DNA from: Octopus vulgaris
Lineage: Eukaryota
DNA: 64,000 bases
Reading direction: 5' to 3'
Assembly: GCA_951406725.2 (NCBI GenBank)
Contig: OX597840.1
Coordinates: 14,322,001 to 14,386,000 of the forward strand
Shown piece by piece: positions 37,218 through 49,619 of the stretch. The notes below the pieces were generated by a model. That model was not told the origin of the DNA. It ran no database searches and worked only from the letters and a program-made list of their open reading frames with translations. Numbering within the stretch: position 1 is the stretch's first letter; every line of letters starts with the position of its first letter. Position numbers and translations under genes: made by a program.

Positions 37218-37304
37218 ACAGATAATTATATACGTGACCAAGAAAAAAAAAAGATTATTCAAAGATATAAATGTATTTCGAAGATGCTGTGTACATACTG
37301 TTAT

Positions 37305-37625
37305 TCTTTTATTTGTTTCAGTCATTTTGACTGTGGCAATGCTGGAGCACTGCCTTTTAGTTGAAGAAATAGAACCCCTGGACTTATTCTTTGTAAGCCT
37401 GGTACTTATTCTATCAGTCTCTTTTCCCAAACTGCTAAGTTATGGGGATGTAAACACACGAACATCAGTTGTCAAGCGACAGTGGGCGGACAAACACAGA
37501 CATAAATACACAAGTATATATATATATACGACGGGCTTCTCACAGTTTCCATCTACCAAATCCACTTACAAGGCTTTGGTTGGCCCAAGGCTATAGTAGA
37601 ATAAACTTGCCCAAGGTGCCACACA
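37305..37625 (-). mobile_element. SINE family A copy (5' truncated)
   Basis: Family A motifs on the minus strand. Confidence 0.85.
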
Positions 37626-37744
37626 ACTACGCTAACACTCATCCATCAATCTTGTTAATTTAAGTAGTAAATATGCCACTTCGACTTCAACGAGTACAGT
37701 GACGACTATACTTCACTGATAAGGTTTGAATAACAAACAAACAA

Positions 37745-37855
37745 ACAAAAATATCCTGTTGGTGTTGTTGAAATTCCATTGAAGGAACCTTGGATCTAGG
37801 TTAGAAACCAGTTCTTTCTCTATTGGCAGGAAACCTTGAAATAAAACTGAATAAT
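37745..37855. repeat. Unclassified interspersed repeat (second copy at 46855-46965)
   Basis: Shared gttgaaatt...ggatctaggttagaaaccag.tctttctctattggcag...ttgaaataaaactgaa. Confidence 0.7.
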
Positions 37856-38586
37856 CACACACACATGGTTTTCTTGTTAGTATTTGCAAACAATTACAGC
37901 TTTGAGAATATCTGGTATTGTAATACAATTCTACCCTCTTTGGTGAGCGTGAAGCCATCCACGGAGCACACCCAGAAACACAAAAGTCTCAGACTTCCAG
38001 TTAACTTTCTGATATTTCCGATTATATTAAATATGTTAACACTATCCAACCTACAAACCTACCTGCAAGCAACATCTCTTTATCATTTCTTTCTCTTTTA
38101 ATCACTTAATTAATTACGAATCGTTTGTCTTAACGAACAACTTCCTCTGATGTCATTGGCTGATTAAACATTGAACAATCACTCGTTATCATCTGATTGA
38201 TTGGCCATCACATTTTCTTCAATCATTTCCCATCAACTGATTGTCCACTCAAATACAGCAGAACAGTTTCCTCTCTCCTGATTGGCTGATAGTCTTTTGG
38301 CTGCGTAACTCAACACCTTATTTTCTTTTTCCTTTCATCTGTGCTTGGAGAATTTCCTGTTGTCTCATTGGTTAACCAAGTATGATGATCTTCTATTGCT
38401 GATGGTTACTAACATCTGTCTGTCTGTCTGTCTGCCTCTTTCTCCTGATTGGTTGATAGTTTGAGGGCTTTACTTATAATTTTGTATCTATTTAGTTTGT
38501 GTATGTGTGTGTGTGTGTATAATATGTTTGTGTGTATATGTATGCATACATGTATGTATATATACAAATATATATGTAGTTGTGTA

Positions 38587-38628
<42 letters not shown>

Positions 38629-38715
38629 GTTATATATATATGTATGGATATGTATGTTTGTATGTATATATACAAATATATATGTAGATATGTGTATGCA
38701 TATATATTCATGTGC

Positions 38716-38750
<35 letters not shown>

Positions 38751-39034
38751 TCTCTCTATCTCTTTATGTATGTATGTATGTGTATATATATATATATATA
38801 CACATACAGGAATATTAATTGTAACTACACACACATACTGTGACACAGACAAACATACAAGCAAATATATGCAATCATATTTGCACATAAACATACACAC
38901 CATTATCCCACATTCATACAAACGTGCATGCGCACACACACACACGTTTTCTTGTTATGGAAGAATTCATTTGCTTTTTACTTGATTGGCTTTCTGACAC
39001 CTTAATATCTTTTATTTATGATGATGGTGATGGT

Positions 39035-39266
39035 CGGTGAGCTGGCAGAATCGTTAGCACGCCCGGGCGAAATGCGTAGCCGTATTTCGTCTGCCGTTAC
39101 GTTCTGAGTTCAAATTCCGCCGAGGTCGACTTTGCCTTTCATCCTTTCGGGGTCGATTAAATAAGTACCAGTAACGCACTGGGGTCGATATAATCGACTT
39201 AATCCGTTTGTCTGTCCTTGTTTGTCCTCTCTGTGTTTAGCCCCTTGTGGGTAGTAAAGAAATAGG
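39035..39266 (+). mobile_element. SINE family B, full length and CpG-intact (young)
   Basis: ggtgagctggcagaatcgttagc (A-box-like), gagttcaaattc (B-box-like), gcctttcatcctttcggggtcgattaaataagtaccag (resembles the Meta-SINE central domain, from memory). Confidence 0.9.
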
Positions 39267-39424
39267 TATTTACGATGATGGTGATGGTATTTACGATGAT
39301 GGTGATGATGATATTGATGGTGGTGGTGGTGGTGGCAGCAGCAGCGGTAACAGCAGCAATGATGATGAAGATGATGGTGGTGATGATGATGATGTTGATC
39401 AAACAATATTAGTGGTGATTATAG

Positions 39425-39662
39425 GGCGGTGAGCTGGCAGAATCATTAGCACACCAGGTGAAATGCTTAGTGGTATTTTGTCTGCCATTACGTTCTGAGT
39501 TCAAATTCGGCCGAGGTCGACTTTGCCTTTCATTCTTTCAGGGTCAATCAAGTAAGTGCCAGTTATGCACTGGGGTTGATGTAATCAGTTTAATCAGTTT
39601 GTCTGTCCTTGCTTGTCCGCTCTGTGTTTAGCCCCCCCCCCCATGTGGGCAATAAAGAAATA
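39425..39662 (+). mobile_element. SINE family B, full length
   Basis: Similar to 39035-39266. Confidence 0.88.
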
Positions 39663-39991
39663 AATATTAGTGGTGATTACTTACAATGATGATAATGTTG
39701 AAAAAAATACTTAGACTCATCACAGCCTCTACATCCCACAAAATGTATCCCTACAAAATGACCGAACATTTCATACAGGCAAAATATCTTAACAGTGAAC
39801 AGAGGCTGACAGCCTACATGGACCGTGACCCCAAAAGGGGACATGGAAAATCATGGAAATACCTTATAAACAACATCAGTGAGACACCCAAATACTAATT
39901 ACACCTCCCCCAAAAATGTCCCTAAAACACTACCATTCAACATAGGTCAAATATCTTGTTATTAAATACAAGGAAGAAGAACATCTCAGTA

Positions 39992-40255
39992 CAATAATTC
40001 CTTGACTATTGTGGGTGTTATGTCCCAAAACACCCCTGTGATAGGTGAAAATCCATGAATTAGAATCAGTACTGTAATGTATTTTTTAAAATTATTTTTA
40101 TAATTTGTATATATTTATTTTATTATGAATGCAAAACAACACCACGGAAGAATTGACGTTACCTTAAATAATAAATTGTGATAGGTGAACTGTAATAGAT
40201 GAACTGTGATAGGTGAACTGCAGTAGGTGAACCGTGATATGGCAAAGGATTACTG
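39992..40255. mobile_element. pogo/Tigger-like MITE
   Basis: TA flanks; imperfect TIRs caataattccttgactattgtgg / ccgtgatatggcaaaggattactg; internal tgtgataggtgaa repeats. Confidence 0.6.
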
Positions 40256-40335
40256 TATTTACTGTGAAAAAGGAAGGCAAGAATAAAACAAATTCATATT
40301 CAACATGGACATAAAAAAATTTTAATTAAAAATTA

Positions 40336-40497
40336 GGCTCAGGTATGGTTGTGTGGCAAGAAGCTTGCTTCCCAAGCCCATGGTCCTGGGTTCAGTCCCA
40401 CTGCTTAGTACCTTGGGGAAGTGTCTTCTACTATAGCCCCAGGCTGACCAAAGCCTTGTGAGTGGATTTGGTTGACAGAAACTGAAAGAAGCCCATC

Positions 40498-40537
<40 letters not shown>

Positions 40538-40765
40538 TTATATGTGTGTGTGTGTGTGTCTGTTTGACCCCTCTCCCCACTGCTTGGCAGCTAGTGTTGG
40601 TGTGTTTACATTCCTGTAACTTAGCAGTTTGGCAAAAGGGACCAACTGAGTCAGTGCCAGGCTTAAAAAAAGAAAAGTCCTGGGGTTGATTTAGTTTGAC
40701 TGAAATTCTTCAAGGTCGTGCTCCAGCATGGTCACAGCCAATGAGTGAAACAAGTAAGAGATAAA
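40336..40765 (+). mobile_element. SINE family A, full length
   Basis: Family A motifs. Confidence 0.85.
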
Positions 40766-41052
40766 ACATAAATTAATGCAAGTAAAATGATTTGTCACAA
40801 GATCCATTGGAATACAACTTTACTTCCAATAAATGGACCACAACAAAAGGTGCCAAAGCTTTTGACTTTACATCTGATTCCAAACAAACATTTAACACAT
40901 TGTCATTCAAAAAAAATAAAGGAAATAAATTGTCAGAAATTCTTCAGTCAATCCCTACAGAAAGAACTCAATCCTTTGAAAGGAGTATAGAGTCTGCAAT
41001 GTGAATGAGTGATGGGTGAGTCTTCATCACAATCAAGAGCAGGTTGTAGAAT

Positions 41053-41395
41053 ATTCTTTTCTAGTCTAGGCAAAGGCCTGAAATTTGGAGGGAGGGCAGT
41101 TAATAAGATCGACTCCAATATGCAACTGGTACTTAATTTATCGACCCCAGAATGATGAAAGGCAAAGTCAACCATGGTGGAATTTGAACTCAGAATGTAA
41201 AGACAGACGAATTGGTCGTAGAATATTCTTTTCCACTCTAGACACAAAGACTGAAATTTTAGAGGAGGGGGCCAGTCAATTAGAGCGACCCCAGTATGTA
41301 ACTGGTACTTAATTTATCGACCCTGAAAGAATGAAAGGCTAAGTCAACCACGATGGAATTTGAACTCAGAACATAAAGACAGATGAATTGGTTGT
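41053..41395 (-). mobile_element. Two tandem partial SINE family B copies
   Basis: Repeated actggtacttaatttatcgaccc...gaatttgaactcagaa...aaagacaga. Confidence 0.8.
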
Positions 41396-41937
41396 AGAAT
41401 ATTGATAAGTTGGATATGGGTAAGCAGTCAAAGAAAGTACTACTTAGGACCCTTGTCCTCAAGATATTAGATTTTGCACCCATTAAACCAGTATTCAATG
41501 AACAAATCTTTAGTTTGAAAGAAGCTCAAAAACCTCCAAATCTACCACAGTCTCTATATTAGAAAGTACATCTAGTGTCTGGTGCCTGGTGACCAATTGT
41601 TTTATACAAAAACTGTAACAAACAGAAACGATTAGAAGCACTGCACTTCAAATCATGACAGGCCACACCTTACAAACCTGCATCACAATAAGGTAATGTT
41701 TATCCCTACTTAAATGCGGTTCCTTCATTAGAACAGGCTATACTGTGGTAGTTGCCATGAGAAAATCTCTCCTATTAGCTTTTGATCACAAATACAAAAT
41801 GTAACACAAACAAAAGTGCAATTGGCATCAAAAGCCAATATGAGAGTTCCTCTCGTGGTATCTACCATGGTATAGTATAAATTAGTACTGCCTCTGTCAT
41901 ACATACATATATATTTATATATATGCACATACATACA

Positions 41938-41973
<36 letters not shown>

Positions 41974-41981
41974 TACATACA

Positions 41982-42015
<34 letters not shown>

Positions 42016-42024
42016 ATACATACA

Positions 42025-42078
<54 letters not shown>

Positions 42079-42247
42079 TTCAAATATATCTTCATCATTC
42101 ATATATTAACAGCTTAGATCTTAATTATAAAAATATATGAAACCATTATTCTATAGAAATTTAAATGTAATAAAATGTTTTAAAAGAAATTTCAAGTGCC
42201 TATGTGATAACTGTAAACCTACTCTTGGGCCACCCTGTATATATATA

Positions 42248-42306
<59 letters not shown>

Positions 42307-42318
42307 TCATATGTATAA

Positions 42319-42625
42319 TCATCATCATCATCATTTAACGTCCGTTGTCCATGCTGACATGGATTGGATAGTTTGACTGGACTGGCATGCTGGAAGGCTA
42401 CATCAGATGTCAGTCTGATTTGGTATGGTTTTCTACAGCTGGATGCCTTTCCTAATGCCAACCACTCCAAAAGTGTACTGGGTACTTTTACATGCCACTG
42501 GCAGAGGTGCCACTCTGTGTGACACCAGTATCTGCCACGACTGTGGTTTTGCTTGGCTTGATGGGTCTTCTTCTCAAGCATGACATAATGTCAAAGGTCT
42601 TGGTCATTGCCTCTGTGAGGCCCAA
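42319..42625 (-). mobile_element. SINE-like family D copy
   Basis: catcatcatttaacgtccg...ctacagctggatgcctttcctaatgccaaccactc. Confidence 0.8.
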
Positions 42626-42649
42626 TATATATATATATGTACACACACT

Positions 42650-42895
42650 ATTCTGCCTAAAAAATGGATCTAGAACTTCAATATCCCTACATACCTCACA
42701 TCTATTTTCTTTCCTCCACCTCACTCTCTATTTTGTATCATATCTAAATTAGCTATTACTTAACCATCCTCTCACACCATCTCCAATGAAGGGATATAAT
42801 TAATAAATATCCTGGAAACAGCTGTAAGACCTTCTGTCTATAAATGTTCTGATATCTACACAGCCTTGGGTTTTTTATCTCATTGCACAGAAAAT

Positions 42896-42900
<5 letters not shown>
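42650..42900 (+). mobile_element. PLE 3' relic, same family as 13476; hammerhead core mutated
   Basis: tct ccaatga agggatat...atatcctg gaaa cagctg ta aga. Confidence 0.55.
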
Positions 42901-42938
<38 letters not shown>

Positions 42939-43844
42939 AATAGCACACACAAGGGAATCTCTACGTGGTCACTTAAATTTCTTGCAATAGTAACTGAATC
43001 CCCCCCACCCCAATAACATCTTATTGGTATAGAAAGAGGCTCGTTAGATAATGTGGTCTTACTGTCCCTGCAGATAGGAAAAGATAGGATGGCCATAGTT
43101 GGAACACTGCTTGATTATTGTTGATCAGAGGACAAAACAGCAACAAGATTCCTTATTTTTCGTAGGGCAGCTGTATCTTCACGAAGCCTTAAGGAACATA
43201 TTTGCTTTCAAAGGTTCTTGTACACTTGTAACCATCTGTGGCATTAAAATAATAAGCAAACTCCAGCTCTATGAATTTACTTGACTTATTTGAAATGACA
43301 GTCAAATCTCCCTCAAATGACATCCCAACCATTTCAAATGAAGGTAAGTGTACAAGATGTTGCCCATTTGCAACTGAGGGAATTGGAGCAGTATGAAACA
43401 ATGTGCCCCAGGACATGCAATTACTGCCCAGGAACAGAACCTACATCATGATTATGTGTCCAACAATCTAATCACTGGGTCATGCATCTTCCAAATGCAT
43501 GTATCATAATAGCGTATAAAAAGACAGGTTAGCCATGGATGGAATCTCTTTGATAAGCGGTCTCCTTGAGGAACACTGACCAGGTGTTAAATAATAGCAG
43601 CCACACATGTACAGATGATCCAATGAAACATCCAATGAAAATAGCAGCCAAATCTTTTCATTCTTGATTACCTAGGAAAGATGGGATACAGTGGACAGTG
43701 TAGTCTTGAGTATAAATATACTGGGTGGCCATGACTGGAATGTCTTCGATCATAGGACTGATTCACCAGGGTTGACCTGTGGTTAAACAACAACAGCAAC
43801 AAAAAAACCACTACCATCATTTCTTCTAAAACCAACATTGCTAT

Positions 43845-44025
43845 CCCCCCACCACTACTGCAACCAAAAGTACGACCACTACCACCACAACCACCACCCC
43901 GACCATCATGACCACCACTACCACCACCACCAACGCTGTCATCACCACCTCCATTGCCACCATCACTACCACCACCACCACCACCCCAACCATCATGACA
44001 AACACTACCACCACCACCACCACCA
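43845..44025. repeat. (CAC)n/(CAT)n microsatellite
   Basis: Direct reading; source of the poly-H and poly-V ORFs. Confidence 0.9.
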
Positions 44026-45134
44026 ATAATGATACATCTACACTTCTAAGTTACCCAAAATAGCAGAACATCTTTTAAACATTTTTTTGTCTCTGACATA
44101 AAACTGCGTTAGCAACAGACTGGTGTTTTCCGAAACAAACAAACCAGTCGAAAAGACCTTGTAGTGCTATATTGTCCACTAAACCGAAATGACCAACACT
44201 GACATTAGTTCATAAATTTTTAAGCTGAGATAACAATGGCGAATATCTTCAAAAGATTCGACCGATGGTTTAATAATATATTTTTTATTCTTTTTTACTT
44301 TACCGTTTTTGCGGAAAAGAGAACGAATAAAATATGATCATTAAGCTATGTGAAAGTCAGAAGAAACCAAACAGCCAAAAAGTAAATTCATTTATTGGGT
44401 GACCTTTTAGACATTCTACTGTTATAAAAATCTTGTTTTTCTTCTTCTGAAGGACTTGAAAAATCTTTCATCCATAAGTATCAAGAACTGATTGCAACTG
44501 TGAGAGGAAAGAGTTGGCAGCAGGAGGAGGAGGGGAACTGATAAGGAGCTTCGGGAAGCACCGAGACTGACAACTAATAACAAATTAAGCCGGCTGTCTG
44601 TCTGTTTGTCCTTCTGTCTATGTCTGTCTTATTTTTATTCGTTTCCTATAATATATGAGGTAATTATTTATGTTTCTAAAATCAGCATTACAAAAAGCCG
44701 GAAAAATAAAATAAAAACCTATCGTAGCAAAAAACAGATTAATGGTGGTGGGTGGCAAGGGTGGAGCTGGTTGGGGTGGTTGAGACTTTGGACTAAATGT
44801 CTTGTCTGTGGTTGCATTATTATCCCTTTATGTCTTTGAGACGATGTATTGCCAGTGGGGTTGGTTATCTTTCGTCTTTCATCTGTCCCCCTGTGAGGAG
44901 TTGGGGGTGGGTGGAGTGTCAATGAAATAAATATTCAAAAAATACTGGGGGTTTGATTTTTGTCGACTTCACCCTCAGCATCATTCCTCCACCCTCAAAA
45001 TGTATACAATTAATTACAAGTTTTTTTTTTGTGGAATTATGACTCAATTGGTAGAGCATCGGGTTTGAGAGCATCAGAGTAATTACTGACTGGTTAGCAC
45101 ACAGACACACACACACACACACATCTAATGCACC

Positions 45135-45349
45135 CATGCCGGTGCTGCATAAACGCTCTCATGACAGAGACACGTAAAAAAGCACCCAGTTCACTCTGTT
45201 AAGTGGTTGGCATTAGGAAGGGCATCCAGCTGTTGAAAACATATCACAACAGACAGTTGGAGTCTGAACCATTTCCTGCTAGCCAACTCCATGTCAAGCC
45301 AAGCAACCCATGCCAACATGGAGAGCAGACATTAAATGATGATGATGAT
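45135..45349 (+). mobile_element. SINE-like family D, 3' part
   Basis: gtggttggcattaggaagggcatccagctg...cattaaatgatgatgatgat. Confidence 0.8.
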
Positions 45350-45373
45350 ATATATATGTGTGTGTGTGCGTGA

Positions 45374-45705
45374 AGGCGCATGGCTCAGTGGTTAGAGTGT
45401 CGAGCTTACGATCGCGAGGTTGTGAGTTCGAATCCTGGACCAGGCTGCGTGTTGTGTTCTTGAGCAAGACACTTTATTACACATTGCTCCAGTTCACTCA
45501 GCTGTAGAAATGAGTTGCAACATCACAGGTACCAAGCTGTATCGGCCCCTTCTCCTTTCCCTTGGATAACATCGGTGGCATGGAGAAGGGAGGCTGGTAT
45601 GCATGGGCGACTGCTGGTCTTCCATAAACAACCTTGCCCACACTTATGCTTGGGAGGGTAACTTTCTAGATGCAATCCCATGGTCATTCATGACCAAAGG
45701 GGGTC
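45374..45705 (+). mobile_element. tRNA-derived SINE (family C head and CORE-like segment, different 3' tail)
   Basis: ggcgcatggctcagtggttagag...gagttcgaatcc then ttgagcaagacactttatt. Confidence 0.8.
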
Positions 45706-45711
45706 TAAGAA

Positions 45712-45753
<42 letters not shown>

Positions 45754-45755
<2 letters not shown>

Positions 45756-45902
45756 TATCCGAAATGTATAGTATTAAATATCCATCATAGCTGATCTCAC
45801 CAATCGGTTTCATGTAAAGAATACAATGGAGTGTTAAGTAATAATCTGATTATATAACTCTTTATGCTTCTTAGAGTTAGCCTATATGGAATGGAATATG
45901 GT

Positions 45903-45905
<3 letters not shown>
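45754..45905 (-). mobile_element. PLE-like terminal repeat (17662 family), core decayed
   Basis: Alignable by eye to 17662-17812. Confidence 0.55.
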
Positions 45906-45945
<40 letters not shown>

Positions 45946-46735
45946 TGGCAACTCCAGCACTCGGGCTGTTCGGGCTTAACCGAACTATATATTTAGTAAA
46001 ATGAACGTGTATTTGCAAGCTGATTCAGTTTCTGCCAACACTGGCCTCAAGTAGGTAATTGCAGCCAATAACTCAGGCTCCTTTGATTGATCCTGGTCAC
46101 AGTTCATTTATTTTTGTTCAGCATTTGACAGTCACCTTAGAGATGCTCTATGTTAACAAATATCATTCGTAGCAGACATTCTTTTGACATCGTTCACAGA
46201 TGCCAGAATCAGGCTCAGAAGTTACAGCCTGAGTTGTTATCTATAATCGTAAAAATCAAAAGTAATTCAAATTCAGTTTTTTTCTTGAAACAACAAATTT
46301 CTATAAAGGTTAGGATTTAAATTCCAATCTATGAAAAGTTTCCGTTCTACAATATTCTTGAAAGAACTAAAAATTATCCAGCAACTCGGGCTAATACAAA
46401 CGAGCTTGGTAGGTGTAAAAGAGTAACTGGCATCTCTTGTCAAGAGTACAGACGATCAAGAATCAGATCAGTGATGTCTGTTGTGCATTCCGTTTTCATT
46501 ATTTGATTGCTGTTATTCTGTGCATCTGTGTGTAAAGATCAGTTGTGTTTTGCGGGGTTGCCTTATTTTTACCCTCAATTTAGAAATGGAGAAAAACACA
46601 GTGCTAGATATAAAAAATAAGCCATTCGGGGGCTAGAAATAAAACGGAAACACATGAAATTCTTTAAGTAAGCATGTGTCTTATGTGGAATCTGTGATGA
46701 GCCAGAGTGATGCTGATAACCGGGAGGCGCATTTG

Positions 46736-46838
<103 letters not shown>

Positions 46839-46992
46839 CACACATACATACATACAAAAATACCTTGTTGCTGATGTTGAAATTGCAATGAAGGAGTCTT
46901 GGATTTAGGTTAGAAACCAGCTCTTTCTCTATTGGCAGAAATCTTGAAATAAAACTGAACAATGACAAACTTACGTATGTCTTTGGGTGTGT

Positions 46993-47180
46993 GTTGGTGT
47001 GTTTACATCCCAGTGTTGGTGTGTTTACATCCCAATAACTTAGCAGTTCAGTAAAAGCAACCAATAGAATACCAGGCTTTAAAAAAAAAATCCTGGGGTT
47101 GATTAGTTCACCTAAAACCCTTCAAGGGGGTGCCCCAGCATGGCCACAGTCAAATGACTGAAACAAGTAAAAGATAAAAA
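46993..47180 (+). mobile_element. SINE family A, 3' part
   Basis: ggtgtgtttacatccc...ccagcatggccacagtcaaatgactgaaacaagtaaaaga. Confidence 0.75.
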
Positions 47181-47536
47181 ATAACGAATACTTTTAAAAT
47201 TCTTTTTTATTCCAAACCTTCACCCAGGGGTCAGGCTCCATAGTCCCTCACTAAATACCCCAACCAACCAACCAACCAACCAACATTATTTCCTTCTCAA
47301 ATACTGTGTTTTATTCCCTGTTATTTATTGCACCTGCTTTTAATTTCGACTCCTTCTTTAATTAAATCAGACCTGCTGAGCAAAACTCTTTGAATTTCGG
47401 TACAAATTGGAATTTATTGTTCTACTGCACTAATAATTGAATTTTAGAATTTTATTACCTACATTCGAAGTTAGGTCACTCTCTTTTAGCGTTTCATGAC
47501 TTTTTTGTTAGATATTTAGATAATGGGGAACGGTAG

Positions 47537-47537
<1 letters not shown>

Positions 47538-47575
<38 letters not shown>

Positions 47576-47975
47576 TGTATGTGTGTGTGTGTATGAGTTT
47601 GTGTGTGTGTGTGGATGAGTTTATGTGTGTGTGTGTGTGTACGTGTGTATGAGTTTGTGTTTGTGTGTGCAGATTTTATGTGTGTGTATGTATGCGGATG
47701 AGTTTGTGTGTGCGTATGTGTGTGTGTGTGTGTGTGTGTGTGCATATGAGTTTGTGTATATGTATGTGTGTGAGTTTCTGTGTAGACATGTATATGTGTG
47801 TGTGTGCATGTGTATGTGGTTGTGTGTGTACATGCACATGACTTTGTGTATGTGCATGCATGTGAGTTTGTGTGGGAGTGTATGTGCGTGCATGTGTATG
47901 AGTTTGTAAGTGTGTGTGGTTGCACGCGTGTGTGTGATTATGTGTATGTATGAGTGTGTGTGTGTGAGTGTGGGT
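47538..47975. repeat. Compound (TG)n array with recurring atgagttt spacers
   Basis: Direct reading. Confidence 0.9.
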
Positions 47976-48373
47976 TATGTTGTAGCTAATGGGAAGATAA
48001 TGGAAGTTTAATTGTTTCCTGACAATGTAGATACATGTTTGTTTTAGTAATATAATGGAAAAAGGCAATGGAGCGTGGCTTAGTGGTTTGGGTAATCAGC
48101 TCATGATCACAGAGTCGTGAGTTCAATTCCCAGCGACACTTTATATCCTTGAGCAAGACACTTTATTTCACATTGCTCCAGTCCACGCAGCTGGTGAGAA
48201 CCCATAGTGCTTGCATTTCAAAGGGGTCAGTCTTGTTACATTCCAAGTCCCACTGAATCTCCCTGAGAACTACATTAACCCTTTTGTTAACACCTGCTGT
48301 CTTTGTTTCAGTTAATTTTAAAATTAATGGAAAATTTAGTAAAATAACTTCCTCGTTATTAAGCTGGGGTCTG

Positions 48374-48956
48374 AAGGTGGCCAGCTGGCAGAATCATTAG
48401 CATGCCGGGCGAAATGCTTAGCAGTATTTTGTCTGCCGCTACATTTTGTGTTTAAATTCTGCTGGGGTCGACTTTGCCTTTCATCCTTTCGTGGTTGATA
48501 AATTAAGTACCATTATTTACATTATTTACATTCAATGGATATTTGTCCTCATCTTGTTTGTTGTTAACACAACGTTTCGGCTGATATACCCTCCTGCCTT
48601 CTTCAGGTGTCTTGGGGAAATTTCAAACCTGGGTTCTTATTCCTAAGGTATGTAAAAATAGTAAAAATACCTTAGGAATGAGAACCCAGGTTCGAAATTT
48701 CCCCAAGATACCTGACGAAGGCAGGAGGGTATATCAGCCGAAACTTTGTGTTAACAAGAAACAAGATGAGGACAAATATCCATCAAATGTAAATAATGTA
48801 CATAATTCCTCATCTCTTAAATATAGAACTAAATTAAGTACCAGTGAAACACTGGGGTCAATGTAATCTACTAGTCTCCTCCTCCCAAATTAAGTCAATG
48901 TAATCGACTTAATCCCTTCCCCCAAATCTGAGGCCTTGTGCTTCCAGTGGAAAAGA
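48374..48956 (+). mobile_element. SINE family B with 18-bp target-site duplication
   Basis: ttattaagctggggtctg at 48356-48373 and 48957-48974. Confidence 0.85.
48513..48829. mobile_element. PLE-like inverted pseudo-LTR insertion with minimal hammerheads and a 14-bp TSD
   Basis: taaattaagtacca at 48499-48512 and 48830-48843; arms about 48520-48651 and 48667 to about 48798; left arm (minus) reads gacac ctgaaga aggc...gcc gaaac gtt gtgtt. Confidence 0.8.
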
Positions 48957-49026
48957 TTATTAAGCTGGGGTCTGGAACAAATTAGCATAAAATTCTGATG
49001 GAAGATTACAATCCAGACCACTTTAA

Positions 49027-49230
49027 CCCTTTGGCTTTTAAACTGGTCATATCTGACCCAAATATTCTATTTGCTTTATGTTCAAACTGATCAGGTCCAG
49101 CCTCTCACACCTACCCTACAATGTCCAATCACATCATAAATATCTTGAAGCTATGAGATAATGCAGGATTAATTCAAAACTATGTGAATAAATGAGGATA
49201 ATATTTGACGGTAACCTGAGTGCTAAAGGG
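49027..49230. mobile_element. piggyBac-like MITE (family P2)
   Basis: TTAA flanks; ccctttggc...gctaaaggg; second copy at 60689-60909. Confidence 0.8.
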
Positions 49231-49619
49231 TTAAAACATTAAGTTTATGTTGTAGAACCTCGGGTGGTCTCAGGTAGGTTGGTATAGAAAGGGTTAAGCA
49301 TATACATGTCTATTGAGCATACAGCCACTTGCATGTAAATGTCATGAGCAGGCTGTTTCATTGATTGAATCAACTGGAACCCTCATCATTGTAACCAATG
49401 GAGTTCCAGTGCAGGTGTGATTACAATACAGTATGATGGCAGTAGTGGTGGTCGTGGTGGTGGAATCTTGGGAATAGACTATGATGTTAGTGAAGGCTGT
49501 AGTATATATATTGTGGTAGGAGTTGCTTAATCAAGATGGACAAAGTGTATGTTGTAGTAGGAGTAGCTGTTTACATTGAGTAATGCTAGTTTTTGACATC
49601 AGAAGGGTTAAGAGATTAC

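Larger units (their letters stand above)
48279..49293. mobile_element. piggyBac-like MITE (P1-related) hosting further insertions
   Basis: TTAA at 48275-48278 and 49294-49297; ccctttt...aaaggg ends. Confidence 0.75.
48068..49410 (+). mobile_element. SINE family C copy split by nested insertions
   Basis: Head at 48068-48278 ends gagaactacattaa; sequence resumes after the TTAA at 49294 with cagccacttgca...gagcaggctgtt...tggagttcc. Confidence 0.8.

Noticed and set aside
37713-37958. ORF starting MASRSPKR downstream of the CCAAT cluster
   Set aside because: The donor is weak, the nearest acceptor gives an immediate stop, and the rest of the ORF is an interspersed repeat
40168-40240. Short regularly spaced repeats (CRISPR-like)
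   Set aside because: Tandem units of about 14 bp without spacers, inside a MITE, in a eukaryotic context with no cas genes
45374-45445. Possible tRNA gene
   Set aside because: It has A and B boxes but runs directly into a CORE-like SINE body, with no proper acceptor stem or terminator
45943-46660. Possible hAT element starting cagtggcaac after (TA)n
   Set aside because: No matching second TIR or TSD found
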